In this document: piece by piece, positions 1-12,407 of the stretch
Layout of the letters: each line of letters opens with the position of its first letter
Numbering within the stretch: position 1 is the stretch's first letter
DNA from: the human T2T-CHM13v2.0 reference genome, Homo sapiens
NCBI RefSeq assembly: GCF_009914755.1
Contig: NC_060927.1
Length of the DNA: 64,000 bases
Strand: one strand, 5' to 3'
Program-made: the position numbers and the translations under genes
The notes under the pieces: generated by a model
Database searches by the model: none
Told to the model about the DNA's origin: nothing
The model's input: only the letters and a program-made list of their open reading frames with translations

Positions 1-1032
1 TTCAACAGTGAAATAACTGCCTCCAAGTCTGGGCTAATCTACCTGGTCCTAGACAGAGCAGTGCCATTGCTTGGGGGGAAAAATGGAAGGAAAGGGGTGG
101 ACGGGGATCGGCTCTTTTTTTTTTTTTTCCAGTTTTTAACTTCTTGCCTATACTACTAAAGTAAGTGATTAAATACTTGACTACAAACTTTCATTTTTGG
201 CTTGCTGCTTTAATTGATTACTCCAGCATCTGGAAGCTGGGTTCTCTTGAGCTCAGCTGAGCTGCTGACAGTCGGGTTGTAAGAGTAGTCAGCTCCAGGG
301 AGCTTCCCTACAACTTGCAGATGCTAACAAATGGGGGAGCAGAAATAGAACTGTCAGTGAAATACGACCCTGGCTCTAGCTGTCATGAATCACTGTTGTC
401 AGGAACAGATTTGTTAAATTCATGAAATTCTAGAGTGTTCAGCATGTGCATAAAATCTTTGAGAGCAAAGTTGAGAGATGCCAAAAATTTGATTAAACTG
501 CTTATTCTTTTTATCTTCTAGAGTAAAAGAATTCTGTAGCTGCATTTATTCGGGCCATCCTTAGAGTAGTACATTTTGAATTCTGATTGCATCTTTCTAC
601 CACAAGAGAAGTGAGGTAGGAAGACGGGAAGAATTCAATGGTTACATTTTCTTAGAAAATGATTTAATCTGACTTTTTTTTTTTTTTAATTTTGTGGGCA
701 AAATGAAATCTGAGTGGACCAATGACCTCACCATGTCCAGTGTTTGGTTGCTAGTTTGAGATTTGGAAATGGCTGTTCAGGTGAAGAGGTAAATGGATCC
801 AAATGCCTTGTTATAAGGCATTTGACAATGCTTACAGCAGTAGTGTGAATAGAGGGCCATTAAATTCTAGCATAAACATTCCGGGCTACTGGTTATTTTT
901 TGGTTGTAACTTACATTTGAGGTTTTCACAAGAGACAGGCTCTACAAGATACCCTACATGTCTAAAGGACTAAGAATTGGAGAGCCCTGACATTGAATTA
1001 GGACGTAGTTTTGCACCACAAAAGAGGCCGTA

Positions 1033-1348
<316 letters not shown>

Positions 1349-2294
1349 TTAATATAGAATTATATATTTTAAATTATGAAAACCATTTATGAGTTATTTT
1401 CTCATAAACTTAAAGATATAATATATAAATATACACACATAGGCATATGTAGGTATGTACACACATATATAAATAAATGTATTATGGGAATACTATAAAA
1501 ATGGCGTTAGCTCAAAGCCAAAGAAATAACCCTACTAAGAAATTCATAAATTAAGCTAGATCCTATAAACACAAAAAATATTACAGATTCAGAAATACGT
1601 ACTAAATACACATCTGACATATAATGTATTAGCATTGCATGAATTTGTATGAGATCCACAACTTACAAATTTTCTAATTCTACTGGAATTAATGTATACA
1701 TTTGTGAAATTGATAGGATAATTTCAAAATAATTGCTTGCTAAAAAGACACACAACTAAGACCTTAACACTATTATTCTTATTAAAATTCCCATATCTAA
1801 TTCCCATAGCAGTCATATCAAATCAGAAATTGAGAGCACAAGTCAACACTGTATTACTTTTATTAACTGAATACAATCTAATTTAAGATTCTTAAACTAT
1901 AAAAGAGAGTCAAAATATAAATAATAAGAAGCAAAAATACAAAATATATTGGAAAACAAAATACATCAGGCTTTATTAATTAAGAGATTTGGCAAATCAC
2001 TCTAACATGAATGTTTAAGATAAAATATAGCTATTATAACATATTAAAAAGGTAAGATATTATAATTTTTAAAACATATTATTCTTGGTTTTAATAGCTG
2101 TTCACACTTCCCATTTTTATTGCCTAAATTTTAAAAATGCCCTTGCTACAAAAACATAATTTTTGATTTGCAATTTTATAAACTCTAAAAATAGTAATTA
2201 TTAACATATGTTAGAATTTATAATATGTGATGAATTTCTATGGTGGATGTATCCATAACAGAAAAACTGATAGGTATTAACTAAAATTAAAAAT

Positions 2295-2380
2295 GATTCA
2301 TTTATTTAACAATTATTTTAAGGTCATTTATGCTGTTAGACACTGTGCTAAGACCTAAGGATATCAAAATAAATAAAAGT
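2295..2380 (-). mobile_element. L2 3' end fragment
   Basis: ATTCATTTATTTAACAATTATTT...AGACACTGTGCTAAGAC resembles the reverse-complemented L2 tail. Confidence 0.55.
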
Positions 2381-2578
2381 ATGTAATTTTTAAAGGATTA
2401 CATTGGAATGGACATTGACTAGTTTTTGTTTTGTTTTGTTTTTTGTTTTGGTTAGTTAGGTGTTCATTTTTACTGAAAATATTTAAAAGTTTGTTGAAAA
2501 AAGGTTTTTTATTTTATTAATTTGATAAATAATTTAAAAAATCAAAATAATTATGAATTTTATACCAAAGGTAAGCTT

Positions 2579-2850
2579 TTAAATTTTTTATTTTTAATTT
2601 TTATGGGTACACATTAAGCATACATATTTATGGAATACTGGAGATATTTTGATACAGGTATACAATGTGTAATAATCATATCAAGGTAAATAGGGGTATC
2701 CACCACCTCAGGTATTCATCATTTCTTTTGTTAGAAACATTCCAGTGATACTGCCTCAGTTATTCTAAAATGCAAAACAAATTATTACTAACTATAGTTA
2801 CCCTGCTGTACTATCAAATACTAGATCGTATTCATTGTATCAAACTATAT
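2579..2850 (-). mobile_element. L1MA (L1MA2/3-like) 3' UTR, 5'-truncated
   Basis: T-rich tail then ATGGGTACA...GATACAGGTATACAATGTGTAATAATCA...CTATCAAATACTAGATC, matching the L1MA 3' end; decayed TSD TACCAAAGGTAAGCTT / TATCAAAGATAAGTTT. Confidence 0.85.
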
Positions 2851-3379
2851 TATCAAAGATAAGTTTGAAGTTCATGGCAGAAATCACAAAATTCCTAGTT
2901 CTGTTTACAATGGCTTTTTGAACTATTTGCTCTAAAAGTCATGTAAGAATAAGACTGCTTATTAGAAATCTCCTGAAGAATGCGTGCCAAGTACTATGAG
3001 ATGTGGACTTTGGACTGCTCCACTGTCTCCATCTCCACACTTTTTTTCTCCCCACGCCCCATGCTCCATACTTTTTTCAGCAAAAAAGGTGAATTCATCT
3101 TTTTTGAATCCACATCCAAAGGCAAATTTTAAACATTAATAATTCAGCATGAGACTTATAGAAGAAACCTGTAAAACACACAAACAATTAAGGAATAAGC
3201 CACAATAAAAAGTCATGTAAAGGTTATATATCATAAAAATTACATAAAAATAGGTTCTTTAGATAATTTTCCTTAACCTCAATGAAGTTTTATAATTTTG
3301 TTTAAAACACAAGGAAACAAATAAAAGGGCTATCTGCAAAAAAATACAATTTTTTAAAAGTAAGGAAACTAGCAAGGAA

Positions 3380-3765
3380 CAGACTTGGAAGACAAAGGAT
3401 GAAAAGTGAACTACAGAGTTAAGAGAAACAAATGAAGATGAAACAAAACAGAAGAAATACACATTAACAGATTCAGAATCCAGAGATGTGAGGAATCCAC
3501 ATAAAACAAATTCAAAAAAGAGCAAAGGCAATTGCACAAAACACAATAGAGGAGAATAGTAAAGAAAGCACTTTTGGCATTAACATAATTGGTTTCCACA
3601 AAAAAAGTGTACAAAATGAAGAACGAATAGAAAACAATTTCAAGATATAACAGAAAAAAATATTAAATGAGTATTTGAATCCACAAGTTGAAAAGAAACA
3701 GTTACTGCAGGAAAAACTGATGCAAAATGATCACTGAGTCAGATATTCTCAAGACTAATTTATCC
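3380..3765 (+). mobile_element. Ancient L1-ORF1-like / HAL1 relic
   Basis: A-rich tract with TTCAAGATATAACAGAAAA...TTGAATCCACAAGTTGAAAAG...GGAAAAACTGA resembling HAL1/L1M ORF1; highly decayed. Confidence 0.4.
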
Positions 3766-3849
3766 ATATGACCCCTAATAGGGAGGCTTCCGATAATGAT
3801 CCTACCTGAAAATGCATCAGCGCTTACACCTAATCCAATATTTCTACAC

Positions 3850-4062
3850 TTTGTTTTACTTTCCTCTAAAGAATGGATCACCATCTGACATAGATAGATT
3901 GACAGATAGGTAGATAGATAGATAGATAGATAATTTGTTTATTGCCTCTTACCCTGATTAGAATGTATACTCTGAAAGCCAGATTTTTAAAAGCATGATT
4001 ATATCTCTAGATACTATATTTAGTAGATGAGTATTTAATAAGCATTTTTGAACAAATAAATG
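3850..4062 (+). mobile_element. L2a 3' end with embedded (GATA)n
   Basis: ATCACCATCTGACA...TTTGTTTATTG...TTAGAATGTA...TAATAAGCATTTTTGAACAAATAAATG; (GATA)n at about 3890-3932. Confidence 0.65.
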
Positions 4063-4732
4063 TAATTTAATAAATAATCATATGGTAATTGGGACAAAGA
4101 AAGAGCAGATCTCATTCAAGAGGGCAATTCTTACCTATCAGAATTCTCCAGAGTAACAATCACATAAAGAGGGGCGAACAATAACAACAGTAATTCAAAG
4201 TGTACTCTGACAATTGGCTTCAAAGTATAAAAATAATAGACAAGAGTCACAAGAATACTTGGGGAATATGTAATTCCTTCTTGAAAAGAACATTTTTGAA
4301 ATACATAAAAAAACCCAGAAATGAAAATAAATGTTTCAAAAATGACATCCTGAAAAAGATCTATTTAAATACATATCTAAGGCTAAGCAACCATATGGAT
4401 TATGGTTACAGAATTAAATGGAAAGTCTTAAACTTTGACATTAAAATATTTATAAAACTAATATAATTAAGACATAAGGGGGAAGTGTTATGTGGAAGGG
4501 TGCTGATTTCTGCCATTCATTGTTGAGAGTTGATATTATCTAACTTTGATACATGCGGTTAAAATGATACTTTCCAAAACTTCTTCATAATCTTATATAT
4601 TAATTTTAGAAGTACTATTGAAAATGAACATTTCTTTCTGTATCTCTTTTTCCTTATATCTCAGTTTATAAATCAATATATTCTTCTAATTTTCTGTTTT
4701 GCTAACATCAATATCTATTTCGCTAACATCAA

Positions 4733-5136
<404 letters not shown>

Positions 5137-5281
5137 TTAAAACCTCTTACAGGTATATTCTTTCTATGTATATAATATGTAAGTAAAAACGATAGTTTAT
5201 CTGGATTGTGATTTGACAATAAAAAAAACCAAATCTTTGCTGGTTACATTTTTGGTATAATGCTGCGCACCCATCATTTTT

Positions 5282-5592
<311 letters not shown>

Positions 5593-6584
5593 GCACCCAT
5601 CATTTTTATACCTATCAAAATAGCCTTTAAATGTAATATTATTAACTCAGTAAAAATTATGGAGAAAATGTTACTATTTCATTGCAATAGGTGACAATTA
5701 TGTCCATTACTGTATAATATCTGTCATAGGGAATTAAAGTATACTATCACATATGTAAATCATTGTTTCTAAATATGATTGCATTAAAATGTACATTATC
5801 ATTTTCCAAAACTGGTTGTTTATCTCTTCCCAACCTGTCAATGTTGCTTTGCTCTCTTAAGAAAAAGTTATTTGCAAACAAAAGAAGATAAAACATTATG
5901 CTCTCTCTAACATCGCTGTCTCAGGGACAACTACTCATATTTAGATTTTTTTAAAGTGTAAATATTAAAGAATCTGAGGAGAAGCAGAAGGTAAGAGAGG
6001 ACAGGCTGTAGTTAGGGTGATGTTGCTTGGAAAGACTTAAAGAAAATGGCGATGCTGCAAGTTTCAAGCAGATTCTATTTCTCAGAAAAGATTGAGAATT
6101 GTTCGTCTGATACACATTATTTAACCAGTTTTTCTTTTTAAAATGGTCTCTGAGAATGTGTAATGAACAAATGCTTTTATTTTGTCAAAACTGAATTTCA
6201 AATTTACTACCAACATCTCCCAAGATTTTTTATTTTATTTTTCGTTAACCTGTAACTCCTTAACATATTTATACTTTAAAACACATATGAAATTATTTGA
6301 TTTAAAAACTCATTACATATAAAATAATATCTTTTTTGTTTTGTGTTTTGTCTTCTTGTAATTATGGTAACTGGAAAAGTATTGATTAATTGAAATCAGA
6401 GCAACATTCACAATATTATCTTTTATAAGTGAGACAATATTCACGAAGAACCACATGTGCATCATAAAAATAACAATTAATGCTGACTGATGCTAAATAT
6501 TAAGTAAATGACATTTATTGATGAAAAAAGATTAAAATTTGATTATCCCCCTTGAAACTGCGAAGGGACAAAAATCTTGGCACA

Positions 6585-6603
6585 TGTTGCCCTCTAGTGG
6601 AAC
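6585..6603 (-). promoter_or_regulatory. CTCF motif
   Basis: Minus strand reads TTCCACTAGAGGGCAACA, matching the CTCF core CCAC/GYAGRKGGC; lies outside recognisable repeats. Confidence 0.7.
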
Positions 6604-7477
6604 TTTAAAGATAGGCAGTTGAATTATATTTTGGTGCTTTCAATATGTGCAATTCAGTTTACTATTACAATTTTAAAAACAAATTAACATTTTTCTTTTA
6701 AAACGGTAAGTACTATAAAATCTTTTCAATTAATTTGTTGTAGTTGATAGGTTTGGTATTTTTAAAAATCAAAAATTTGAAAATAAAAATAAAGTGTCTC
6801 ATAGCCATTAAAGGCCAAGAAGGTGTTGTTAGTCATATAATCATATAACAAGAATAGTAGAAATAATAAATAGCTCAGGAATATAATTTTATTTGCTTCG
6901 AATTTTTGCTGAGCAATGTTACCTAACCTGATTGTATGAAACTATCATCGAATCTCATCTCTCTACAATTAGAATGACCAACACAGTATTTTATGAAAAA
7001 CGATAATTTGAAAAGCTTTTACTATCAACAAATAAGAACCAGTGTTCACAGAAATATGAAAAAATAATTTTTCAAAAGCATTTTTGTCATCTTTTGATTT
7101 GCTTTTCAAAGAAAACATTTTATTGTATTATATCTGTTATTTTTTATTTTATAATTTCAATACATATTGATGTAGATCGATTTTCCTAATTTATACCGCC
7201 ATATGGAAGAGGTGTGAATGCATGATATTGTACAAAATACAAAATATATTCTATTTATGGTAGGCACTTAAAACTATGTTATTATAAATTCAACAGTTTG
7301 CATCATTTGTTGATTCTTACTTTAATATTACTGTTGCTTATCTTTTACAATACCTAATTTAAGCATATATAGGTTTAAGATGAGAATCTTATTTCTGTAA
7401 TTCGACAGTATACCTTGTCCTAAAAAACAGTTTAAAAATATGGTAGCGCAACTAATAGTATAAAAAATATGATTTGT

Positions 7478-7779
7478 GGCCGGGCACGGTGGCTCACGCC
7501 TGTAATCCCAGCACTTTGGGAGGCCGAGGCAGGTGGATTACCTGAGGTCAGAAGTTCAAGACCAGCCTGCTCAACGTGGTGAAACCCCGTCTCTACTAAA
7601 TATACAAAAATTAGCCAGGTGTGGAGGTGGGCGCCTGTAATCCCAGCTACTCAGGAGGCTGAGGCAGGAGAATCACTTGAACCCGGGAGGCAGAGGTTGC
7701 AGTGATTGAGCCATTGTGCTCCAGCCTGGGCAACAAGAGCGAAATTTCACCTTTGCCTCAGAAAAAAAGAAAAAAAAAA
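7478..7779 (+). mobile_element. AluSq-like
   Basis: Full Alu with CAACAAGAGCGAAA; small right-arm deletion; residual TSD GATTTGT. Confidence 0.95.
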
Positions 7780-7856
7780 GATTTGTGATTCCACTTACCA
7801 TATGAAAAATTATAAAATGAATATTTAGTCAACTATATCCCTTGTTTACTCATTAA

Positions 7857-8200
<344 letters not shown>

Positions 8201-8721
8201 CAAAACCAGTCTTTAAAAACAATTTAAGCTGGCTAAGTCTATCAGAAATTATAAAGTAATTAAAAATAGTCCTAGGCTATTTAAAGAATGCTAAATACAT
8301 CTGTAAAGCAAACTAAAGCTAAATGAGCTAAAATAATACATAAGACAATTAGTCCAACCTGTAGGCTATTTTTGTTATTTCTTATAAATATTTCAATTTC
8401 ATATTTTACATTGTGGTATATACTGTCTATGGATTAAACAATCACAACCTTTCCCCTTATTCAATTTTTCCCTTATTCCTTCAAAACAATGACCACAAGC
8501 AGATCATTAAACACAGAATAAGATTCGAAACTTCTTTTAAAATTAAAACATTAACAGAATAAGAAAATAAATATTGTGTTATGGTAATGTGAGTTTTGTC
8601 ATTGGACATATCAGATAATTTACACTAGGTACAAGAGGCAGCTTTTGTAGCTACCAGTATCTCCCGAGATTGGGAGATCTTTATTAAGACCTTCATTAAG
8701 ATCAATGACTGGGCAAGTTTT

Positions 8722-9013
8722 AATTTAATTAATTAATTGATTGATTTTATCTGTTGCCCGAGAGTGATGGGGCGCAATCTTGGCTCTCTGCAACCTCCGC
8801 CTCCCTGGTTCAAGCAATTCTCATGCCTCAGTCTCCCGAGTAGCTGGGATTGCAGGCGTGTGCCAGTATGCCCGGGTAATTTTTGTATTTTTTACTAGAG
8901 ATGGGGTTACACCGTATTAGTCAGGCTGCTTTCAAACTCCCGACCTCAGGTGATCCACCCACCTCAGCCTCTCAAAGTGCTGAGATTACAGTCGTGAGCC
9001 ATCCCATGCGGCA
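8722..9013 (-). mobile_element. AluS, diverged, tail converted to (TTAA/TTGA)n
   Basis: Antisense Alu body GCAATCTTGGCTCTCTGCAACCTCC...GTGAGCC. Confidence 0.92.
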
Positions 9014-9018
9014 GTAAG

Positions 9019-9022
<4 letters not shown>

Positions 9023-9049
<27 letters not shown>

Positions 9050-9330
9050 GAGAAGAAGTCTCGCTCTGTCGCCCAGGTTGGAGTGCAATGGTGCTATCTC
9101 AGCTCGCTGCAACCTCCGCCTCCAGGTTCAAGCGATTCTCCTGTCTCAGTCTCCGGAATAGCTGGGATTACAGGCATGCGCCACCACGCCAGGCTACTTT
9201 TTGTATTTTTAGTAGAGACAGGGTTTCACCATGTTGGCCAGGCTGGTCTCGAACTCCTGACCTCAGGTGATCCACCTGCCTCGGCTTCCCAAAGTGCTGG
9301 GATAACAGGCGTGAGCCACCGGGCTTGGCC
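9023..9330 (-). mobile_element. AluSx-like
   Basis: Poly-T then full antisense Alu, tandem with the preceding Alu. Confidence 0.95.
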
Positions 9331-9976
9331 CCAGCCGCAAGTTTTAATTTGTCCTCAGTGAGGTGCTGAGCTCCATTGTTGTTGATGTCTTTCTTGTTTT
9401 CCTCTTTCATTGCTCCTGTGACGCACCTGCCCTTGCAAGACTGTCACCGTGCTTCTCCCTCTATCATCCTGTCCGTGAAGACCTGATGACTCCTCTTTAC
9501 TAATGAGAATTCAAGGTCTACTCTTCAAAGCAACCTCTAGGAAACGCTTTTTTCATTAATCAATTTTCAAGTTGAGGAGGACAGAAAGGAATGATATTAG
9601 CGAAGTACATGGTCACATAAGCTTGAGAAGCTCTGGGTGCTTTCCATACTTGCCTACTTACCACTTTTTCAGAGAGGCTAAATTTAAATGGGGGATAAAG
9701 GGCTAATATATCATCTATTCCAATACCGTATGCATTTTAGCAAGGGGGACCTAGCAACACAATAAAGGTGTGATGTGAAATGTCAAACCAGCTTTGTTAC
9801 GTTGGCATATTCAGAATATAACCTAACTCTCTTTCTCTCTCTCTCTCTCACATCACCCTTTCCTCCCCCACCATCACTCCTCCACCTCAGATGAGCCTTC
9901 CACACCCCTCACCACTCACTCACACATTTAGCAAGATCTTGGCTGGTCAAGTTTTGGCAACACCATACCTCTAAGG

Positions 9977-10173
9977 CAGGGTATGGCAAACCATGGAGTG
10001 GACCTTCACCTGTTTTTTATAAGTCATTTTTTATTGGAAAACTATCACACTCATTTGTTTATCTATTGACTATGGCTGTATTATTTTCAAAATGTTGCTG
10101 TTCTATGGTTTTTGAGATGTAGTGACAGAGAATGGATGGTCCTCAAAGTCTAGCCAATGTTTGCCTACCTCTG
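9977..10173 (+). mobile_element. MER58A (hAT-Charlie)
   Basis: Termini CAGGGTATGGCAAAC / GTTTGCCTACCTCTG; internal TTTTATTGGAA...CATTTGTTTA...TATGGCTG. Confidence 0.8.
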
Positions 10174-10975
10174 CCCTACAGAATTTTTATTTTCTTAACT
10201 AGTTCACGAAGCACCACCTCAATGACTTTTTCACTGACCCGGCACCGTTCTAGTGACCCTGCTTTTCATCTTTCAGAACAGAGCAGAGCAAAAAGCTATT
10301 TCTTGGCATTGATGTCTTCTGAGGGAATAAAATATTAAATGCAAATGTGATTCCATGACTACTAAAGCTAGTAATGGTGATGACCCTTAGAAAATGAGTG
10401 TCTCTATGCCAATTTGTTCATTCTTTCAGTGGAGAGAGCAGCTCTGCAGATCAAACTGAGGTGAAAGAGAATTCTTCAACAGGGTTGCCTCCCTAGCTAT
10501 CAAAGCTTTTAGAATAAACCAGAAAAAACTTTGTCATGCATCTGTCAAATTCAGTTAAAAGATTAGTTTTTTATCCTGTACTGATTAAATTATTTTTGAA
10601 GTTAGGCAAGAAATCTTCGTAATCCCATGATTACATCCACAAAAGGCTTTTTTTAAAAAAACAAATCTATGTCAAACCAATTCCTATTATTCTTAAATCC
10701 ATCAACATACATGCTTCCAAGGCCATGTGATCTCCACTTATGAATAACGGCCAGTATCAGTTTTGACTGTATTGAACAATGTCCCTCTTTATTTTAGTCC
10801 AGGAAATGTGTAGAATTGTTTTTGTTAACAACACTATACTGAGATTAACAGCTAAGGCTGGACACAGTCGTTTGAGTAAGATAGCTCTAACTGTAACATA
10901 TATCGGTGTAGAGAAAGCTTAGGCCTTTCCTTACCTTAGTGGAATGAGGCTAGCAAAGCCCACAGGAATACAAAG

Positions 10976-12407
10976 TGAGAGGTGACAGCATGCTGGCAGC
11001 CCTCGCAGCCCTCACTCGTTATCCGCGCCTTCTCGGCCTTGGCGCCCACTCTGGCCGCGCTTGAGGAACCCTTCAGCCCGCCGCTGCACTGTGGGAGCCC
11101 CTTTCTGGGCGGGCCAAGGCCAGAGCCCGCTCCCTCAGCTTGCAGGGAGGTGTGGAGGGAGATGCGCGGGCGGGAACCGGGGCTGCGCGCGGCGCTTGCG
11201 GGCCAGCGCGAGTTCCGGGTGGGCGGGGGCTCGGCGAGCCGCACTTGGAGCAGATGGCTGTCCCCGCCGCCCGGGCAGTGAGGGGCTTAGCACCTGGGCC
11301 AGCAGCTGCTGTACTCGATTTCTCGCCGGGCCTTAGCTGCCTCCCCGCGGGGCAGGGCTCGGGACCTGTAGCCCGCCATGCCTGAGTCTCCCCCCGCCCC
11401 TTCCCCACCGCCATGGGCTCCTGCACGGCCTGAGCCTCCCAGACGAGCGCCATCCCCTGCTCCACAGCTCCCAGTCCCATCCACTGCCCAAGGGCTGAGG
11501 AGTGCAGGCGCACAGCGCGGGACTGGCGGGTAGCTCCACCTGCCGCCCCATGCGAGATCCACTGGGTGAGGCCAGCTGGGCTCCTGAGTCTAGTGGGGAC
11601 TTGGAGAATCTTTATGGCTAGCTAAGGGATTGTAAATACACCAATCAGCACTCTGTATCTAGCTCAAGGTTTGTAAACACACCAATCAGCACCCTGCATC
11701 TAGCTCAGGGTTTGTGAATACACCAATCAGTACTCTGTGTCTAGCTCAGGGTTCGTAAATACACCAGTCAGCAGTCTGTATCTAGCTAATCTAGTGGGGA
11801 GGTGGAGAACTTTTGTGTCTAGCTCAGGGATTGTAAATGCACCAATCAGCACCCTGTGAAAACGGACCAATCAGCTCTGTAAAATGGACCAATCAGCTCT
11901 CTGTAAAATGGACCAATCAGCAGGATGTGGGTGGCACCAGATAAGAGAATAAAAGCAGGCTGCGTGAGCTAACAGTGACAACCTCTCAGGTCTCTTTCCA
12001 CACTGTGAAAGCTTTGTTCTTTAGCTCTTTGCAATAAATCTCGCTGCTGCTCACTCTTTGGGTCTACACTGCCATTATGAGCTGTAACACTCACTGCGAA
12101 GGTTTGCAGCTTCACTTCTGAAGCCAGCGAGACTACGAACCCACCAGGAGGAATGAACAACTGCAGACGCCCCACCTTAAGAGCTGTAACACTCACCAGG
12201 AAAGTCTGCAGCTTCACTCCTGAGCCAGGAAGATCACGAACCCACCAGAAGGAAGAAACTCCGAACACATGGGAACATCAGAAGAAACAAACTCAGGACA
12301 CGCCACCTTTAAGAACTGTGCTTTTAAGAACTGTACCACTCACCGCTAGGGTCTGCGGCTTCATTCTTGAAGTCAGTGAGACCAAGAACCTACCAATTCC
12401 GGACACA
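10976..12407 (+). mobile_element. Solo LTR12C-type LTR (HERV9), full length, 1432 bp
   Basis: Starts TGAGAGGTGACAGC and ends CCAATTCCGGACACA; CpG-rich U3; CCAAT tandem array; U5 GCAGCTTCACT repeats; 4-bp TSD AAAG/CAAG. Confidence 0.95.
11615..11960 (+). promoter_or_regulatory. LTR12 NF-Y (CCAAT) array, GATA site and TATA-like box
   Basis: CCAATCAG at 11641, 11682, 11723, 11842, 11867, 11889 and 11913 (variant CCAGT at 11764); AGATAAG at 11939; AATAAAAG at 11948. Confidence 0.85.

Noticed and set aside
10936-11562. Seven overlapping GC-rich ORFs (72-146 aa) and a CpG-island-like stretch
   Set aside because: Entirely within the LTR12C U3; stop-poor because of GC content.
11615-11925. Regularly spaced ~41-bp repeats, superficially CRISPR-like
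   Set aside because: Known LTR12 tandem CCAAT units in primate DNA; no unique spacers and no cas genes.
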